Assembly (NCBI GenBank): GCA_951406725.2
Contig: OX597816.1
Span: forward strand, 169,012,001 to 169,076,000
Direction of reading: 5' to 3'
Length of the DNA stretch: 64,000 nt
Origin: Octopus vulgaris
Taxonomy: Eukaryota
Below are positions 1-14,239 of this stretch, piece after piece; the stretch's first letter is position 1; each line of letters starts with the position of its first letter. The notes beneath the pieces are model-generated. The model searched no databases, was not told where the DNA came from, and was given only the letters and a program-made list of their open reading frames with translations. The position numbers were made by a program, and so were the translations under genes.

Positions 1-240
1 ATTAGCTCTGCAATGAAGTTTCCAAGAGAGAAAAACATAACAGGCTGTGTATCTACTGCCATAAATTTACCAGACATCTGATATTGGTGAAGGAGTTAAG
101 AATGTTCCTCATAAACAAACTTCATAATACTAGGCTTCAAATGAATTTGAACTTTTACTATATTCTTAATATTACATCAGAAATGATGTAAATTAATGTA
201 GCAGATGGAAAAGAAGGAGAAGAAAATGACATACCCTGAA

Positions 241-296
<56 letters not shown>

Positions 297-495
297 CAAT
301 TTATTTTCCGGACGAAAAACCACATTCTGGCTTTTTATCAACATATGTTATTTTATCTAGATAAAGATTTTACTCTAGGGGGTGCTTCTATGGTTAGAAA
401 AAAAATTTACAACATTCTTCAGACATATTGACTCAAATATATATTTTTTAACCTTTTAAAACAAGCCTTCTGTAGTTTTTTCACTTTTTACTATT

Positions 496-575
<80 letters not shown>

Positions 576-1517
576 ATGCGTGCGTGTGTGTGCTTGTGCA
601 TGTGTGTGTATGGGTGTGTGTGTATTTGTGTCTGTTCGTGTGTGTGTGTGTATAGCTATAAACTATTAATATCTGTAAAAGCTCAGTAGCTGATAGTTAT
701 TTACGATGTATAAATTATACCTGGCACAACTAAACTGATTTGCCTAATGATTATAAAAATAAGTTCTGTTTTAGATGTGATTTGAAAACTTAACTTTTCT
801 GGCAAAATCCGCTTATTTGCGGTCTTTTGTGAAAAAAAAAAAAGAAAAGAAAGTTACTTTACGAGCTTATTCAAATCATGGAAATTACAGTTTCGCAACT
901 TTAGTAACATCCAAGCCAACATGAAGAGTAATTGCAAAAAGTTATATCGAAAATTACTGTCAGTCACTGACGATGAATTTAATTTTCGAACTAAGAGTGG
1001 TGATCAATTAGAAAAACAGCGAATAAAATTTGGTGGAGTAGTCATATCATCCATCATAAATTTCGTGGCAACATGCTATTTAATTGACAGAGTAACATTC
1101 AATAAAGCCAGGGCTTAAATCTGAAACGATTATTCAATCATGCAAAACCAAAATATTTACATTTAGTTCTATTGCACCACTGCCTTTGAAGTAATTTCAG
1201 ATCACACTTGAAATTGGTTCAGTTCGCCGCACACAGAGGATATTTTTCAGCAGATCTGTTACCAGTGACTGAATGTTTTATAATGAGACAGCTTCTTCCT
1301 TTCAATTCAAATAAACTACACCAACATTTTATCAACAGTGTATAATGAGTTAATTATTAAAACTAATTTCTTGAACTATTCAATGGCACATACAAAGTAA
1401 CAGATTTACTATCACATCAACCAGTAGCAAAAACAAAATATACTGATGAGCATTGTGAACGATGTGGGAATTTTTTAAAACTACAAGTAAAATACTAAAG
1501 CTATTGACATGATATGA

Positions 1518-1964
1518 TCTTATATTATAAAAGAGAAACGGATCACCGTCTGTCTGTCTGTTATAACATCTATTAGAGAGAAGGAAAGAAGGGAAGGAAT
1601 CAAAATATACGTCATAATGTATATTCAGGAAAAGGGGAGGAGAAAAGTTGTTATTGAAAGAAAATACAGTATGTGTGTGTGTGTGTATGTGAATGAGAAA
1701 GTGTGTAAAAGATAGATAAGTAGGTAGTGTTGTCAGCATAGTAACTAAAAAGTTTTGATTAAAAAGGCACAAATTTTAAGTGAAAGTCTGTCAATACAAT
1801 GTAGCACAACTTTTTAAAAAATGACTTTAATTATGTAACAACTAGTATAGTCGTGTCGTCAAAAACACCGACAGTATTAATGATAGTATTAATGATTTAT
1901 TAATGATAGAAAATGACACATCAACACAATGTGGAAAACCTATTAATAAATGTCAGTAATCTAG
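1518..1964 (+). mobile_element. Helitron-like element
   Basis: A|TCTTATATTATAAAA start, CTAG|T end; shares an internal motif with 5092-5112. Confidence 0.45.
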
Positions 1965-2018
1965 TAAATATATGTACATAATGTATGTTTGTATATACAC
2001 ACACAAACACACATATGT

Positions 2019-2060
<42 letters not shown>

Positions 2061-2078
2061 GTACATATAAATACATAC

Positions 2079-2109
<31 letters not shown>

Positions 2110-2115
2110 TGTATG

Positions 2116-2158
<43 letters not shown>

Positions 2159-2440
2159 ATATATATCTACACGTGTTCGACGAACGGGAACATGAAACTC
2201 TGAGTAACAGTATTTGTGATGTCTTTGCAGCTTTATTAATAAAGTATATGTGTGTGTGTGTGTGTGTATGTGTGTGTTTGTGCGTGTATATGCATATTCA
2301 TACACACACATATATATGCATATAAACATACATATATAAATACATGCATACATACATATGAAGGTTTTCTTTTAGTTTCCATCGATCAAATCTACTCACA
2401 AGGCTCTGGTCGGCCCTACGACAAGGTAGAAGACTATATA

Positions 2441-2499
<59 letters not shown>

Positions 2500-2625
2500 G
2501 CATACACATACATATATATGCATATATACATACACATATGTACATACACATATATACATACATATATACTTACATGTATACATATATTCATAAATGCATA
2601 TATACATACATACATATATACATAT

Positions 2626-2662
<37 letters not shown>

Positions 2663-2813
2663 CCCATACATATATATATACACATACATATATATATATA
2701 CACATACATATATATACACATACATATATATATATATATACACATACATATATATACACACATATATATATATATATGTATATATACATATGTAATATAT
2801 ACATATACATACA

Positions 2814-2855
<42 letters not shown>

Positions 2856-2878
2856 CACACACACACACACACGCATAC

Positions 2879-2949
<71 letters not shown>

Positions 2950-2998
2950 TTACAGAACAAGCAGGTGTAGTAGTTTGACTCTCAGTAAAGTGACACAG

Positions 2999-3036
2999 TC
3001 TTTTACGTTTCGAGCCTACGCTCTTCAACAGAAAGA
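2999..3036 (-). ncRNA. Minimal type I hammerhead motif, A6U variant
   Basis: UCUUU-CUGUUGAA-GAGC(GUAG)GCUC-GAAAC-GUA-AAAGA. Confidence 0.6.
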
Positions 3037-3119
3037 AATAAGAGAAAATAAACAGAGAGAAGAAAAAAAAAAAATACTCGTAGATTTAGCGATCAAGCAT
3101 GGCGGCTGGTTATATATAT

Positions 3120-3755
3120 ATTTTCTCTTTTACCTGTTTCAGTCATTTGACTGTGGCCATGTGGAACACTGTCTTTTAGTCAAAGAAATCGACCCCGCCG
3201 ACTTATTCTTGGTAAGTCTGATGCTTATTCTATCGGTCTCTTCTGCCGAACCGCTAAGTTACGGCTATATAAACACACCAACATCGGTTGTGAAGCGATG
3301 GTGGGTGGGGGACAAACACAGGCACAGATACATACATAAATATATACGACGGGCTTCTTCCAGTTTTCGTCCACGAAATCCGCTCACAAAGCTTTGGTCG
3401 GTCAGGTGCTAAAGTAGAAGACACATTTCTTTATTACCCATAAGGGGCTAAACACAGAGAGGACAAACAAGGACAGACAAAGGGATTAAGTCGATTATAT
3501 CGACCCCAGTGCGTAACTGGTACTTAATTTATCTACCCGGAAAGGATGAAAGGCAAAATCAACCTCAGCGGAATTTGAAGTCAGAACGTAACGGCAGACG
3601 AAATACTGCTAAGCATTTCGCCCGGCGTGCTAACGTTTCTGCCAGCTCGCCGCTACAGTAGAAGACACTTACCCAAGGTGTCACCCAGTGGGACTGAACC
3701 CGGAACCATATAGTTTGGAAACAAGCTTCTTACCACACAGCCACGTCTGCACCTA
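3120..3755 (-). mobile_element. SINE-B (tRNA-like head, CORE-like domain, internal TA/TG microsatellite, CR1-type tail)
   Basis: homology to other copies; interrupted by SINE-A. Confidence 0.8.
3425..3653 (-). mobile_element. SINE-A (tRNA-like head + Nin/Deu-like domain) nested in SINE-B
   Basis: gaggt(c/t)ga(c/t)tttgcctttcatccttt domain; TSD gcta(a/c)agtagaagacac. Confidence 0.88.
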
Positions 3756-4112
3756 TATACTCATACGTGCGTATACATATTTACATATGCATATGTATAC
3801 ATATGTTTGGATGCGTGTGTGAGTATGTGAAAGTGTGTGTACGCGTATGTTTGTTTACATTTTTCAGATCGATGAAATCAGTAAAATATGTCATCCTTCA
3901 CTTGGAAAAGGAAATTAGGGCTTCTCTCAGAAAGGGCAAACAAGGGAAAAGGATTTGTGTGCGTGTGTGCGTGTGTGTGGTGTGAGTGTATGTGTGTTTG
4001 GGAAAGAAACAGTGAGAGAGGGGGGAAGAGAGAGGGAGAGAGTGGGAGAGAGGGAAATAGATTGATAGATAAATAGATAGATAGATAAATATATATATAT
4101 ATATATATATAT

Positions 4113-4169
<57 letters not shown>

Positions 4170-4457
4170 CTTATAAAATACATAGAATTTACGATAAAAA
4201 TTTGTAGTTTTATTTTGATTAAAATATCATCGTTTCCGGAGCAAAGCCTTTAAATGCTGTTGCCTGCTTTAGAGCCTCCGACTGTTACTCATTCCGACCC
4301 CATCTGTTGCTTTGCTCTTCTTTCCCTCTAGCGTGACCGACAGAACACATTGCCTTCTATTATATTATTGAAGATATAGATGGTTAGTTTTTTGGGTCGC
4401 TTGTGTGTGTGTGTCTGTGCGGTTTTGTAACGGAAAACATACTTTAATAAAATACTT

Positions 4458-4911
4458 GGATCTTTTCGGTTTGAACGGCAGTTTTTAACATAATTTCTAG
4501 GTAACTAAAAAATTTTTAACTTCGTATACTGGTAGAATGTGTTTATAAAACATCTTTTTCTCTTGGCTTTATTGAGAAAATTCTATAGTTTGTAAGATAT
4601 TTGTTGTTTTTTTCTTCAATTTCTGCAATTTCAACCCAATCACTGACGTCTATTGAGGTAAACAACATTCTGTGCCGTATGAATATGACCCTCGTTTAAG
4701 AAACTGATTGGGTTTACTTACATTTCTGAAGAAAAAAGATACCCTTTCCCCACCCCTAACCCTAACCTTAACCCTAACCCTAACTAACCCTAACTAACCC
4801 TAACCCTAAAATAGATTGAAATGCAATAGATCGATACTAGCGTCATAATTATGGGTGACAATTTCATATGACACCGCTAGAAAAAAACTGCCGTTCAAAC
4901 CGAAAAGATCC
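4458..4911. mobile_element. MITE with 29-bp TIRs, 8-bp TSD and internal (CCCTAA)n
   Basis: ggatcttttcggtttgaacggcagttttt and its reverse complement; TSD aaatactt at 4450-4457 and 4912-4919. Confidence 0.92.
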
Positions 4912-4996
4912 AAATACTTTCATTATAATGACAGATTGTTGTTGAGAGAGAAATTCAGTGAGTATGTGTGTGTGAGAGAGAGAGAGATAGAGAGAG

Positions 4997-5037
<41 letters not shown>

Positions 5038-5229
5038 TAGGGAGAGAGAGAGAGTATGTGTGTGTGTGTGAAAGATAAGTAGATAGGTAGACTGTTGTCG
5101 CCATAGTAACTGACGAGACTTTCACTATACAACAGTCTACTATTAAAAAAAGGTGCATACATGATTAACATATATTTTTACCGGCAGCGTGGAAACGGCA
5201 AAAAAAAAAGACCTAGTTTGTTATAACAG

Positions 5230-6200
5230 TTATAAGAAGGCTCAACCACTCAAGCAATATAAGAGGCACTACAAGCTGGCAAATGCGAAAATCCGATATA
5301 GAAGATATAGACGACTTTTTCCTTTCACTTATAAGGAACTTATAAGAAAATCAGACATCGTTTTATGACGAGTCCGAGTCGTTATTCCATGTTCGTTAAG
5401 AACGTGAACTTAATATTGGAATATCCTCAAATTGCCCATGAATGTCATATTGGAATGGAAAAAAATAAACAACTTCTAAGAAATAAAATATTATGTCCCG
5501 GCATCGACAGAAAGAATAAAGTCAAAAATGAGAAATTGTTTGATGTTTGTCAATTCAGCTGTCGGAAACTCTGGAATATGTTAAACATAGGAAGAAACTG
5601 CATGCAGGTTTTAAAGATCCGCTAAACAATGGAAAATCACCATTAGTAATTGTGGATGAGTTGGCCAGAGTTACTTCTCAAGAACCAAATGGGATTTATG
5701 TTCAGTGAATTCCTTTTTTGCATTTCGAGAAATTCTACAGAGAGTCGTTTCTGACAACGGTTCACAATTTATGAGTTGTGAGTTTAAGGATTGTTCAAGC
5801 ACAACAGGAATTATAGCATAGAAGACTTACACACTATAATCCCCATGTAATACTCTAGTAAAGAACAATTGACGAAGTAATCCTGTCATTATATGAAGAT
5901 GGTAAATAATGTGAAAGGGAAATTCAATAGTTTTTTTTTCCTTATTGCTCTACAGAAACGATCAACAATGGTAGCATATTCGATTCTACTTTTAAATCAT
6001 TTCTGCAACAGAAAAAAAAATACAGATAAAGATAACAAGACCTCACACACAATTCAAACATGAAGTACTATGCTAATAGAAAAACCATGTGATCTGATGC
6101 AAGGACGGTCGATCAAGTCGAATCAAATTTTAGCTCGGTTCGTTGTTACTAAGAGCAAGAGTCGAATTTGGCGTAGGGTTCATGCGGATCATATCTGATA
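5230..6200 (+). mobile_element. Gypsy/Ty3 integrase remnant
   Basis: AHECHIG..K.LLR.K..PGID (H2C2-like), LVIVDE, VVSDNGSQFMS.EFK; many disruptions. Confidence 0.75.
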
Positions 6201-6444
6201 TCACATATGTATACTGAGGACATTCATGAGTTCCTGATAATAAGTACATATTCACCGAAAGATTGAGCGTGATTCGAGTTTCCTGAATGAACCAACTGTT
6301 GAAAGTATCAAAAAGTATGATGAGGTGTCACATGAGAGAGAACGTGGTCAGAAATTTCATGAGCCTCAGCATAGACTACATAGGTCTAAGGGTACCCAAG
6401 CAATAAGATATAGTCCTTAGTGTGACTGCAAAATACACGAAATA

Positions 6445-6660
6445 TATTTCTTTACTGCCCACAAGGGGCTAAACATAGAGGGGACAGACAAACGGATTAA
6501 GTCGATTACATCGACCCCAGTGCGAAACTGGTACTTAATTTATCGACCCCGAAAGGATGAAAGGCAAAGTCGACCTCGGCGGAATTTGAACTCAGAACGT
6601 AACGACAGACGAAACACGGCTACGCATTTCGTCCGGCATGCTAACGTTTCTGCCAGCTCG
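6445..6660 (-). mobile_element. SINE-A monomer
   Basis: close match to other copies. Confidence 0.88.
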
Positions 6661-7296
6661 GAAGGGAAAGCTATAACAGTCATATGCTTGTGGTGCATGC
6701 TTCCAACTGCTATTCAAGATGGTTATCAGGAATAGAGTTTGGTTATTAAGCTGAACAAAGTTTCCAGATACTAAAGGACTTCTTGGAATGTCTTACAGAT
6801 CTTCACTGTGCCACTAATAGATAGGATTTGGAAAATGTGCGTCAGTTTCTTTTGCTCTTTTTTTCGTGAAACCGAGTACTTCTAGGTTTTTGTGCAAATT
6901 TGTTGGCACATAACCTAATGCACCTATGAGGATATGTACAAATGAGAATTCATAGTCAGGGTACAAGAGCTATGTATGTATGTATGTATGTATGTATGTA
7001 TGTATGTATGTATGTATGTATGTATGTATGTATGTATGTATGTATGTATGCACGTATATGTGCATGTATGTATGTATATCAGGTCGCTCTTGAGTGCTAC
7101 TGGTACCATGTAGTTCAGTACAACCTGTTTCATGGTCGTTTCGTAGGCAACTAAACTGGCAACCCCACCAAGCTTGCGCTTGTTGAACACCCTGCGGGAC
7201 AAAAAATAAGACCCGTCAAAGGGCGGAGGAGCTACAACGCAGTCAACGGCCATTCAGCTACGTGTGTTTGTGGAGTGTTTGTGTGTGTATTCTTTA

Positions 7297-7505
7297 TCTT
7301 TTTTTCTTTTTACTTGTTTCAGTCATTTGACTGCGGCCATGCTGGAGCACCGCCTTTAGTTGAGCAAATCGACCCCGGGACTTATTCTTTGTAAGCCTAG
7401 TACTTATTCTATCGGTCTCTTTTGCTGAACCGCTAAGTAACGGGGACATAAACACACCAGCATCAGTTGTCAAGCAATGCTAGGGGGACAAACACAGACA
7501 CACAA

Positions 7506-7538
<33 letters not shown>

Positions 7539-7700
7539 CATATATACGACAGGCTTCTTTCAGTTTCCGTCTACCAAATCCACTCACAAGGGTTTGGTCG
7601 GCCCGAGGCTATAGTAGAAGACACTTGCCCAAGGTGCCACGCAGTGGGACCGAACCCGGAACCATGTGGTTGGTAAGCAAGCTACTTACCATACAGCCAT
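7297..7700 (-). mobile_element. SINE-B
   Basis: homology to other copies. Confidence 0.88.
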
Positions 7701-7959
7701 TTTAAACTTTCTCTGTGTGTGTGTGTATTGCATATATTGTATTTCAGCCTGTGTGTGTGTGCATATTGCATGCTGTGTTTTTAAATTTTATATATTGTAT
7801 GTCAATCTTATGTATTCCATATCGTATATTTTATGTATACATTGTATCTCAATATTTTTATATATTGTACATTTTTATCTATATTTTTTTAATCTATTTA
7901 AATTCTTTTTATTTATTTACTTATTTTTTTAAATATCTATTTTATCCAGCCTATGGCTG

Positions 7960-8612
7960 TATCTAGCGTAGGGACATAGGAATAATCGGACTAAATACCC
8001 GATCGCGCGCTTAAACCATTGGGAGTGAAGGACCCCTAACCTTTGTTAAGGCATCCTTCTAGGAGAAGGAAATCAGGAAACTGGGATATCTCCGACATAA
8101 AACCTGCGGCTCAGTGGTTACCGATGATGTTGACTTGTTCTTCTTTTCGGATTAAGGCTGCTGTTGCTTAGTGAGTGGGATTGACTAATTGCACACCCTT
8201 TCCTCACTTAAAAAAAAATCTTCTGGCACAGGCATTGCACGATAACAACATTGATTTATTGATTGATTGATTAATTGATTAACTAATTGATTATTGTTGA
8301 TAATGCTATGAGTCTCAACTGAATGTCTGGCTGTAGCCTTAAAAAGCAGAAAATCAATGATGTACCAAAACAGTATAAAAATAAATGGCAGTAAGGACTC
8401 TGGAACCACATCAGATAAAAGATTCTGGCCCGGCAGGGGCTCCAGAGCTTCCCAGTCTGAACCCGGCTGTCATCATGCTACTGTGATAGAAACAAACAAA
8501 ATTTTGAATATTGGCTGTTAGAATGTACGGACACTGCTTGACCACGAGCCCTCATAATGTCCTGAACGAAGAAAAGGAATGGTAGTGATATTCAAGCTTT
8601 GGCCTGCTAGCC
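7960..8612 (+). mobile_element. RTE-clade LINE 5' region
   Basis: ctaggagaaggaaa 5'UTR motif and LNIGC*NVRTLLD..PERR endonuclease N-terminus. Confidence 0.6.
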
Positions 8613-8661
<49 letters not shown>

Positions 8662-8791
8662 CCATCTATCTATCTATCTATCTGCCTGCCAGTCTGCCTG
8701 CCTTTCTGCCTGCTTGCCCGCCTGTCTGTCTGCCTGTCTGTCTGCCTGTCTGTCTGTCTGTCTGTCCGTCCGTCTGTCTGTCTGTCCGTCC

Positions 8792-8914
<123 letters not shown>

Positions 8915-9334
8915 CATCTATCTTATATAATACCTGTGTGATGTATTAAGTTAGCTAAGGTGTATATCAAAGCTTAGTTTACTCCTCTTACTAGCATTTT
9001 CCTTTGTTTTTCTTTCTTTTTCCTGTACATTCTTTCATTTCTTTTCACCATACGCGTACCGGACCGATTCGTCTAGGTTTCTTAAATTCCTAATTTTTGA
9101 AACGCATTTGTTTGAAATTTTGCACTTGCTGAAAATATAAGTATTGCCCTGTACAAATGCATTGTAAATTGTTATATTCTATTTAATTTTATTTAATTCA
9201 TTTCTAATGTTTATACTGTTTTTCGTCAACAGTCGATAAATTTATCCAACAGATTCCATTAATTCTAAAATGCTATAAGCTCCTGGCCACTTAATTTATT
9301 ATCACTGTACAATTTCACAAACATTTATAACCTC

Positions 9335-10541
9335 TTAGAAGAGATACCCGGCGTTGCTCGGGATAGAAATGGCACACTTTGTATATATTTTACAGTTATA
9401 TTAAAACATGTGATACGAGAAAGTGTAGCATTGACAACAAAACCCTTGTGGTGTAAATGATGGGCTAATTCGACTAAGCGACGTATCATGCGTCCGTTTG
9501 GAGGAGTCCAGGCCCTAACCTATCATGGTAGACTGAGTGGGTATGTGATTTTTAAACGCACCGAAAAGCTGTCATTGGATCTACCTTCATTTGCAGCGGT
9601 CGACGCTGAGTCTAACACGACCCATCGTATGGTTGACAGTCGAATGAATGCAGGTGTAATGGTGATATTGTACGTATATGGGTACATTCTGGAAAGGGGC
9701 TGCAATGGGAGACGGCAACGAGGAAGTGAACTGTTGAAATATTGTAGAAATCGAAGGGTTGACATTGAATTGATGGTGTGGCTGTAGAATACGAAACATA
9801 AACTGAGCCTACGTAGTAATGAATTACTACTTCTGGATATGGGATTGTATCAACTGACCTATAGATGTGAGGACTTTAAGGAAGGTACTGCAGCAACTGC
9901 TCATTAATTTTACTTACAGTGCTGTTATTTGGAGCCAGTATTGCTCTTTCACTCAGCCAATTGAGATTGTGATAATTTTTTGACCAATGGAGGATCTCCT
10001 CTTTGGAGATACTATATTAAGATATATGATGTAATAAAATGAGATGACAATTGTACGTTAAATGGCATTATAAAAAGTTATATAATATCAATATCTTAGC
10101 AAATTTTAAGAAATACAATGAACTGAGATGACACTGTTATGTTAATAACTAAATGACAATAGAAAACATTAATTAATATCAATATTTTGAAATGATGAAA
10201 AGTATTCAGCGGATTAATCGTGCTGGATGTAAGAAGTACGATCAATTTCTGAAAGTTATTTCACAAAGAGTTACTTCCTTTTCCACTTAACCCAGGAAAG
10301 GGTGTTTTCTGTTCACAGAGGGCTCGTTATTCGTTATGTGAAAAATTTTAAGAGTCTTGAACAATCTCTGGAACATAAGTAATGTATGTTCCCAGTTTGG
10401 AGAAAATCAGTTGTGAAATTCGAATGTTATATGGGTTTAAACACACACACACAGTCACGCACACACACACACACACACACACAGACACACACTTGCACAC
10501 ACACACGCGTGCACGCGCAACATGAGTTTTATATGTATAGA
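9335..10541 (-). mobile_element. Non-autonomous Helitron-like element
   Basis: 5' TC(TA)n, 3' hairpin cccg..cggg nearly identical to the 23215 element. Confidence 0.65.
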
Positions 10542-10718
10542 TTTAAAAAACATTGTACTGTTTCAAAATGTCACTTTTGTCTACCAAAATAAAAGCTTGG
10601 ACGAATATAGATTGGTATACTAAAAGTCATGCGACAGTACATAGAAGAGTACGTATATGTGTATGTGCAATGATATACACGAACGCATAATCGGATGGAG
10701 ACACAGACAAGCTGAAAG

Positions 10719-10778
<60 letters not shown>

Positions 10779-10814
10779 GACACAGACACACATACACATA
10801 CATATATATATGTA

Positions 10815-11225
10815 TTTAGTCTTTTAGTCTTTTACTTGTTTCAGTCATTTGACTGTGGCCATGCTGGAGCACCGCCTTTAATCGAGCAACTCGACCCCGG
10901 GACTTATTCTTTTTGTAAGCCCAGTACTTATTCTATCGGTCTCTTTTGCCGAACCGCTAGGTAACGGGGACATAAACACACCAGCATCGGTTGTCAAGCA
11001 ATGCTAGGGGGACAAACACAGATACACATACACACACACGCTTATATATATATACATATATACGACGGGCTTGTTTCAGTTTCCGTCTACCAAATCCACT
11101 CACAAGGCTTTGGTCGGCCCGAGGCTATAGTAGAAGACACTTGCCCAAGGTGCCACGCAGTGGGACTGAACCCGGAACCATGTGGTTGGTAAACAAGCTA
11201 CTTACCACACAGCCACTCCTGCGCC
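10815..11225 (-). mobile_element. SINE-B
   Basis: full length. Confidence 0.88.
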
Positions 11226-11472
11226 ATGTAACTAATTGTTAATAAAAAAAAAAACAGAAAAAGACAAGAAAAATACAATAACGCGAGGACGTTGTACATG
11301 CAAAGTATTGATAAGGCGCCCAGGGAAGGAGAGAAAGGGTGTTTTGGGTTTCGAGCAAAGCTCTTTTTCAGAAACAGGAGAGAGAGGAAAGGAAATGTAT
11401 GTAACTAATACATACGCACACAAAGTCTGTTTGTGTAAGTATTAAGTCTAAGTGTGACTGTAAATTGTTTGT
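11226..11472 (-). mobile_element. Penelope-like terminal-repeat derivative with decayed hammerhead (11340-11376)
   Basis: inverted near-copy of 49233-49510; UGUUU-CUGAAAAA-GAGC(UUU)GCUC-GAAAC-CCA-AAACA. Confidence 0.6.
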
Positions 11473-11656
11473 GAGTGTGTGTGTGTGTGTGTATGTGTGT
11501 GTGTTAGACAACATCAGTCTCTTAGTCTGGAGTATTTACGTCATAACCAACAAAAAGAACTATCAATAGATACGATTGGAGCATTTTCTCACGCTTTAAT
11601 TGCGCCAACTCTACAACTGACGCTACAATTAAATTCTAATTGATATTATATAACTT

Positions 11657-11819
11657 CGCAGGAGTGGCTGTGTGGTAAGTAACTTGTTTACCAACCACAT
11701 GGTTCCGGGTTCAGTCCCACTGCGTGGTACCTTGGGTAAGTGTCTTCTACTATAGCCTCGGGCCGACCAAAGCCTTGTGAGTGGATTTGGTAGACGGAAA
11801 CTGAAAGAAGCCCGTCGTA

Positions 11820-11866
<47 letters not shown>

Positions 11867-12086
11867 TTTGTATGTCTGTGTTTGTCCCCCTAGCATTGCT
11901 TGACAACCGATGCTGGTGTGTTTACGTCCCCGTCTCTTAGCGGTTCAGCAAAAGAGACCGATAGAATAAGTACTGGGCTTACAAAGAATAAGTCCCGGGG
12001 TCGATTTTCTCGACTAAAGGCAGTGCTCCAGCATGGCCGCAGTCAAATGACTGAAACAAGTAAAAGAGTAAAAGAGTAAAAGAGTA
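11657..12086 (+). mobile_element. SINE-B
   Basis: full length, (GTAAAAGA)3 tail, TSD taactt. Confidence 0.9.
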
Positions 12087-12102
12087 ACTTATTCATTGCT
12101 AG

Positions 12103-12446
12103 TCGTGAAAGCGCATGACTCAGTGGTTAGAGCGTCGAGCTTACGACCGTGACGTTGTGAGTTCGAATCCCGGACCGGGCTGCGTGTTGTGTTCTTGAGC
12201 AACACACTTTATTTCACGTTGCTCCAGTTCACTCAGCTGTAGAAATTAATTGCAACATCACAGGTGCCAAGCTGTATCGGCCCTTTTCCCTTTCCCTTGG
12301 ATAACACTGGTGGCGTGGAGAGGGGAGGCCTGTATTCATGGGCGACTGTTGGTCTTCCATAAACAACCTTGCCCGGACTTGTGCCTGGGAAGGTAACTTT
12401 CTAGGTGCAATCCCACGATCAGTTATGACCTAAGTGGGGGTCTCAA
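12103..12446 (+). mobile_element. tRNA-derived SINE with D-like CORE domain and a different tail
   Basis: A/B boxes; TSD ttcattgctagt. Confidence 0.82.
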
Positions 12447-13064
12447 TTCATTGCTAGTTGTTAAAAAAATGTCCCTATATTATGTCCCTATATTCATCTA
12501 ACAAAATTAATTGATTTAGCTTGTACTTTATCAGTGTTACTGTGAATGTTAGTGTTGATTTTTTATCATTGACATATGTCAAATAGAGCCCCAAATAGAG
12601 TCCCAAATCTATTTAAGCGCCTAAAGCTATTCACCACCATTATTGGTATGGACTTGCATCACAAACAGTTTTGAAACTGCCGAAGATGATTATCCTGATA
12701 TTTCTAATGTGCCTGACTAACATAGAAACTTCATTATTGACTGAACTACAAGAAATTTCTGATTATATCATTGCCATTTATTAAATTAACTCTTGTTCGA
12801 AGCAGAAAAAAACATATTTTTTATTACAAACCATACAACTCCAATTCACATGCAGAAAACATTTGATGGATAAATATAAAAAGTGATTCTGTTTTTATAA
12901 TTCAGGAAAATTTTTGAATTAGTCCAGAAGTAACTTAAAATCTAATTGTGGTAAAATGGAGACTGGAAAATGTTGTTAGACTACCCCGCCCCATCACGCG
13001 AGAAAAAACCAGACTAACATTATATAGATTCCTGTCTTTTGTTGTATAGTCTGACAATGTTGAC

Positions 13065-13512
13065 TTCAAATTTTAGCACAAGGCCAGCAATTTTGAGGAG
13101 TAGGTTGGTAAGTCGAGTATATTCACCTCAGTTCTCAACTGGTACTTATTTTATCAATTACGAAAGAATGAAAAGATAAGTCGACCTCATCGGAATTTGA
13201 ACTCAGAACACGGACGAAATACCTATTTCTTTACTACCTACAAAGGGATAAACACAGAGAGGACAAACAAGGACAGACAAATGGATTAAGTCGATTACAT
13301 CGACCCCAGTGCGTAACTGGTACTTAATTTATCGACCCCAAAAGGATGAAAGGCAAAGTCGACCTCGGCAGAATTTGAACTCAGAACGTAATGGCAGACA
13401 AAATACGGCTACGCATTTCGCCCGGCGTGCTAACGTTTCTGCCAGCTCGCCGGACGAAATACCGCTAAACATTTTGTCCGGGGTGCTAACGATTCTCCTA
13501 GTGCGTCGCCCT
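13065..13512 (-). mobile_element. SINE-A composite (young copy plus older variant)
   Basis: two bodies and two head segments. Confidence 0.8.
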
Positions 13513-13589
13513 ATAACCTGGCAATATTAATGACGAAGATAAGAAGCTGGTAGAGCTAAGTCAGGTGATGTAATATTTAATAACATATC

Positions 13590-13816
13590 GGCTGTCTTTC
13601 ACTTGTTTCAATCATTGGACTGCAGCCATGCTGGAGTATCGCCTTGAACGGTTTAGTTGAATAATTTGCCCTCCGATACTTTTTTGTATCAGCCTCTTTT
13701 TGCCGAACAGCTAAGTTACGGGTATATAACCATACCAACATCGGTTGTCAAATGTCAGTGGGGAACAGAAACACACACACTCACACACACACATGCACAC
13801 ACACACACACACACAT

Positions 13817-13852
<36 letters not shown>

Positions 13853-14208
13853 GCACACACACACAACAAGCTTCTTTCAGTTTCCATCTACCAGATCTAC
13901 TCACAAGGTTTTAACTGGTCTTGGATTATAATAGGCGACACTAGTCCAAAGAATCATGGAGAGGAACAGAACACGAAATCCTGAAGTTGGGAATCAAGCT
14001 TCTTACCACACAGCCATACCTGAATTAAATCTCAATAGGCACAGGAGTGGCTGCGTGGTAAGTAGCTTGCTTACTAACCACATGGTTCCGGGTTCAGTCC
14101 CACTGCGTGGCATCTTGGGCAAGTGTCTTCTACTATAGCCTCGGGCCGACCAAAGCCTTGTGAGTGGATTTGGTAGACGGAAACTGAAAGAAGCCTGTCG
14201 TATATATT

Positions 14209-14239
<31 letters not shown>

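Noticed and set aside
921-1772. 65-aa and 130-aa ORFs
   Set aside because: No recognisable domain or splice support; partly overlap a Helitron-like repeat
4753-4808. Telomere
   Set aside because: Short, imperfect and internal to a MITE
7083-7255. Possible HDV-like ribozyme in an RTE-like 5' sequence
   Set aside because: P1/P2-like pairings exist but no valid P3/L3 could be drawn
12686-12784. Signal-peptide-like MIILIFLMCLTNIETS.. in the duplicated unit
   Set aside because: Start and frame are not conserved across copies; better explained as a decayed LINE endonuclease
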